From the NCBI RefSeq assembly GCF_009914755.1, contig NC_060925.1: DNA of 64,000 bases. One strand, 5' to 3'. The DNA is from the human T2T-CHM13v2.0 reference genome, Homo sapiens. The notes below the pieces were generated by a model. That model was not told where the DNA came from, did no database searches, and saw nothing but the letters and a program-made list of their open reading frames with translations. Made by a program: the position numbers and the translations under genes. Below are positions 59,743 to 64,000 of this stretch, in pieces (position 1 is the first letter of the stretch; every line of letters begins with the position of its first letter).

Positions 59743-60552
59743 TGTTATGGGTTGAATTGTGTCCCTGCTACTCACCTAAAATTCACATGCTGAAATCCTA
59801 ACCCCTAATACCTCAGAATGTGACCTTATCTGGAGACAGGGTCTTTACAGAGGTAATCACGTTAAAATGAAGTTGTTAAGGTGGGCACTAATCCAATGTG
59901 ACTGGTGTCCTAATAAAAAAGAGTAAATTTGGAAAGACATGCACACAGGGAGACACCGTGTGAACGTGAAGATGGTCATCTATAAGCCAAGGAGAGAAGC
60001 CTGGAATAGCTTTGGTATGATTAAGCTTTGTGTCCCCACTCAAATCTCATCTTGAATTGTAATCCCCATAATCCCCATAATCTCTTCATGTCAAGGGAGA
60101 GACGAGGTGGAGGTAATTGAATCATGGGGGCAGTTTCTCCCATGCTGTTCTCGTGATAGTGAGTGAGTTCTCATGAGATCTGATGATTTTATAAGGGGCT
60201 CTTCCCCCTTCACTTCTCCTTCCTGTCGCCTTGTGAAGAAGGGGCCTTTCTTCCCCTTAGCCTTCCGCCATGATTGTAAGTTTCCTGAGGCCTCCCCAGA
60301 CACGCTGAACTGTGAGTCAATTAAACCTCTTTCCTTTACAAATTACCCAGTCTTGGGCAGTTCTTTATTGCCGTATGAAAATGGACTAATACAAGCTCCT
60401 TCTCTCACAGCCCTCAGAAGGAACCAACCCTACCAACACCTTGATTTTGAACTTTCAGCCTTCAAAATGGTGAGAAATTTGGGAACAAATTTCTGTTGTT
60501 TAAGCGACTCAGTTGTGATACCCAGTTATGACAGCCGTAGGACATTGACACA
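59743..60552 (+). mobile_element. MLT1B-like LTR with a nested THE1-family LTR (60013-60393)
   Basis: tgttatgggttgaattgtgtccc...ctaacccctaatacctcagaatgtgacc; insert flanked by AGCTT/AGCTC. Confidence 0.85.
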
Positions 60553-60855
60553 GCACTGTAAAGTTACTCCCCCACCCCACCTGTCCATATTCTCCTCAGT
60601 AAATCTACATAAATTATTCTTCTCCATGGACAATATATGTTTTAGTCATATGTTTGTTTGCTTAGCCATTTGTTTATTGTCTATCTCCCCCAACCAGACT
60701 CTAATGCCAAGCATGTGTATTTTTGACTCTTTGATTCACTGCCATATTTTAGCACCTAAAACAGAGCCTGGCACACAGTAGCCACTTAAATATTTGGATG
60801 AACAAAATTAATGAGCCAGCAATGACAATAATTGGAAATGGACTGGAATAAATTA

Positions 60856-61353
<498 letters not shown>

Positions 61354-61519
61354 CTAGGTTCAGCTTTAATAAACGTGGATAAGATGGGCTTTAAAGTAAA
61401 AACGTTGTGAGGAAACAAGGGAGTTACCATATAATCTTAAAAGGTTCAATACATTGGAATACTGAAACAATTATGAACTTGTATGATCTAATAACATAAG
61501 TTCAGAATATATAAAGCTG

Positions 61520-64000
61520 GGTTTCCTGGGTTTTCTTTTTGCCTCACATATCCCAAATTGGAGAGGCAGCAACCCCAAAACATGAAGGGATGCAGACAAA
61601 TAAGCCCCAAGAAAAGCTGGCTCTTTCTAGCCAAAGGACCAGGAAGAAGCAGCTGAGAAAGACAAACTTTCAGATGATAACTGCTCTACTCCAGCCAAAC
61701 ACTACAGAAAAAACTGTGACCTTAGCCTTACCTTTCCAGGGAAGGCTGAGTGGAAAACTTTGACTTCCACCTTTTCCAGACTACAAAGAGATGCCTCAAC
61801 TTTTCAGCTGTGGTGACGTCAGAGAAGGCCGAGGAGCTGGACTTTGATTCTCACTGGGTGATAATGAATACCTTCATACTCTGTAATATCAGTAGACCAT
61901 GCGGTCTGATGTCCGCATGTAGAGGGGCCTGATCGTCCACCTCTACACTGCAGCAATGAGGGGCTGACTGAGGTGGTAGCAGAGGAGCCCTAGAATTGCA
62001 TCAGGGCTTTCACTACTGTCCAGTAGTAATGAGGATAACCTCCACTTCCATGTCAACAGTAGAGGCCATATGGGGAGCAGCAACAGGGCACCCCTGTCCC
62101 TCTAAGCCTAGTGGGGAGCCTGAGCTCTCACTTTCACTCAACAGTAATCAGAAAGCCCTCCCCACCAGATGTCAACAGAAGCTGAATGGGGAACCTGAAC
62201 TTCCACTTCCTCCTGGCAGGAATGAGATGGCGCCTCTCTTTTCCCACTAGAGCAGTGTCAGAGAAGGCCTGCTATAACACAGGGTTTCAATAAGATCCAG
62301 AGTTTTATAACATAACACCCAAATGTTCAGATTTCAATAGAAAATCATTTGTCATACCAAGAACTAGGAAAATCTCAAGTTGAATGAGAAAAGACAATCA
62401 ATAGACATCAACACTGAGATGACACAGATGTTAGGATGTTAGAATTATCTGACAAAGGTTTTAAAGCAGCTATCATAAAAATGCTTCAAAGAGCCATTGT
62501 AAACACGCTTGAAATAAATGAAAAGGTAGAAAAGCTCGGCAAAGAATAGAAGACACAAAGAACCAAATGGAAATTTTAGAACTTAAAATACAATAACTAA
62601 AATTAAAACTTAATGGATAGGCTCAACAACAGAATGAAGACAACACAGGAATTAATCAACAAACTTGAAAATAGAACAATATAATTACTCAATCTGAACA
62701 ATAGACAAAAAATAGACTGGAAAAAAACTGAACAGAACTTCAGGGACCTGTGGTTAATAATAAAATGACCTCAGGTTTGTTATATAGATAAACTCATGTC
62801 AAGGAAAAAAGTAATAATAAAACAATCTAACATTCAGCCACTGGAGTCACAGAAGTAGAGGAGAAAGAGGATGGGGCTGAAAAAGCACTCAAAGAAATAA
62901 TGGAAAAATTTCCCAAATTTGGCGAAAGACATGAACATACAGATTTAAGAGCTGAGTCACTCCAAACAAGGTAAGCCCAAATAAATTTATTCCAAGACAA
63001 ATTATAGTCAAACTTCTGAAAAATAAAGCCAAATAAAATCTTGAAAGTAGTAAGGGAGAAATAACATCTTACTTATGGAGAAAACAATTTGATAGACTGA
63101 AGATTTGTCATCAGAAACCGTGGAAGACAGAAGAATGTGGCATAACATTTTTCAAATAATGAAAGAAAAGAATCATTAACCTAGAATTCTACCCTCAGCA
63201 AAATTATATTTCAGGAATGCAGATACACTCAGATGAGAGAAAATTAGATTTTGTCACCATAAACCTACCCTATCATTTCCTTTAAGCAGAGAGGAAATGA
63301 TAAAAGAAGAAAATTTGAAACATTAGGAATGGAAGAAAGACAATAGAAAGAGCAAAATTATGATAAACACAATAAACTTTCTTCTCCTAAGCTGTCTAAA
63401 TTATGTTTGATGGTTGAAGCAAAAATCGTAACACCGTCTGATGTGATTTTGAATGTATGTAGATAAAATATTTAAGACAATTATAAATGGGGAAAAAACA
63501 ATGTAAAGAGAGACAAGTTTTCCATACTTCACTCAAACTGTTAAGATGATAATACCAGTAGATTATGTTCAGTTATGTATATATAATGTAATACCTAGAG
63601 AAACCACTAAAAAAAGTATACAAAGAGATACACTAAAAAACACTATAGATGATTAAAATATTATAAAAAATAGTTCCAGTAACCCACAAGAAGGTAGGAA
63701 AAAGAAAACAGAGAAACAAAGCAAAATGGCAGGTCTAAGCTCTAACATACAAATGATTACCTTAAATGTAAATGGTCTATATAAACTAATTAGAAGATGG
63801 AAATTGGTAAAGTGGATAAATATTACCACACTAACTATATGCTGTCTACGAGAAACTCACTTCAAACATAATGATATAAGTAAGTTTAACACAAAAGGAT
63901 GGAAAAAGATATACCATGTCAACATTAATTGAAAAACAGCAGGAGTGGCTGTATTAATATCAGATAACATAGACTTTAGAGCAAATAAATTACCAGGGAT
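61520..64000 (+). mobile_element. Ancient L1 (L1M-type): 5' region, decayed ORF1, and start of ORF2 endonuclease
   Basis: ORF 63726-63932 MAGLSSNIQMITLNVNGL...ICCLRETH...KGWKKIY aligns to the L1 ORF2p N-terminus (TLNVNGL, CCIQETH, KGWRKIY). Similarity continues past the stop (AGVAVLISD), so it is a dead copy. ORF1-like remnants at ~62400-63300. Confidence 0.88.

Noticed and set aside
63726-63932. L1 ORF2 endonuclease-like ORF
   Set aside because: Stops after 68 codons while homology continues, so it is a dead copy; reported as a mobile element, not a CDS

Overview
Primate (human or human-like) genomic DNA from the PADI gene cluster. The only supportable protein-coding sequence is coding exon 1 of PADI2 on the minus strand (ATG 3825 to donor 3734, MLRERTVRLQYGSRVEAVYVLGTYLWTDVY-S), inside a CpG-island promoter with four GC boxes. 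Bases 1-3733 are PADI2 intron 1. The remaining ~60 kb is the upstream intergenic interval toward PADI1/PADI3. It is dominated by interspersed repeats (about 30 Alus, MIR, L2, old L1, MaLR and ERV1 LTRs, hAT and Tc1/mariner MITEs), plus a Y3 RNA retrocopy and a 1.2 kb (CCCACCATC)-type tandem repeat. Almost all ORFs in the supplied track are repeat or GC-content artefacts. I found no credible new protein or RNA system. The most interesting signals are regulatory and architectural: a strong CTCF-like motif about 6.5 kb upstream of PADI2, an orphan CpG-rich element at ~33.7 kb with phased GGGATTAGCGC repeats, an AP-1 pair at ~47.5 kb that probably corresponds to the known long-range PADI3 enhancer, a five-level nested transposon stack, and two head-to-head solo LTRs inserted almost at the same base. 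Repeat subfamily names come from my recall of consensus sequences, and boundaries without a stated target-site duplication (TSD) are approximate. Both need RepeatMasker/Dfam confirmation.
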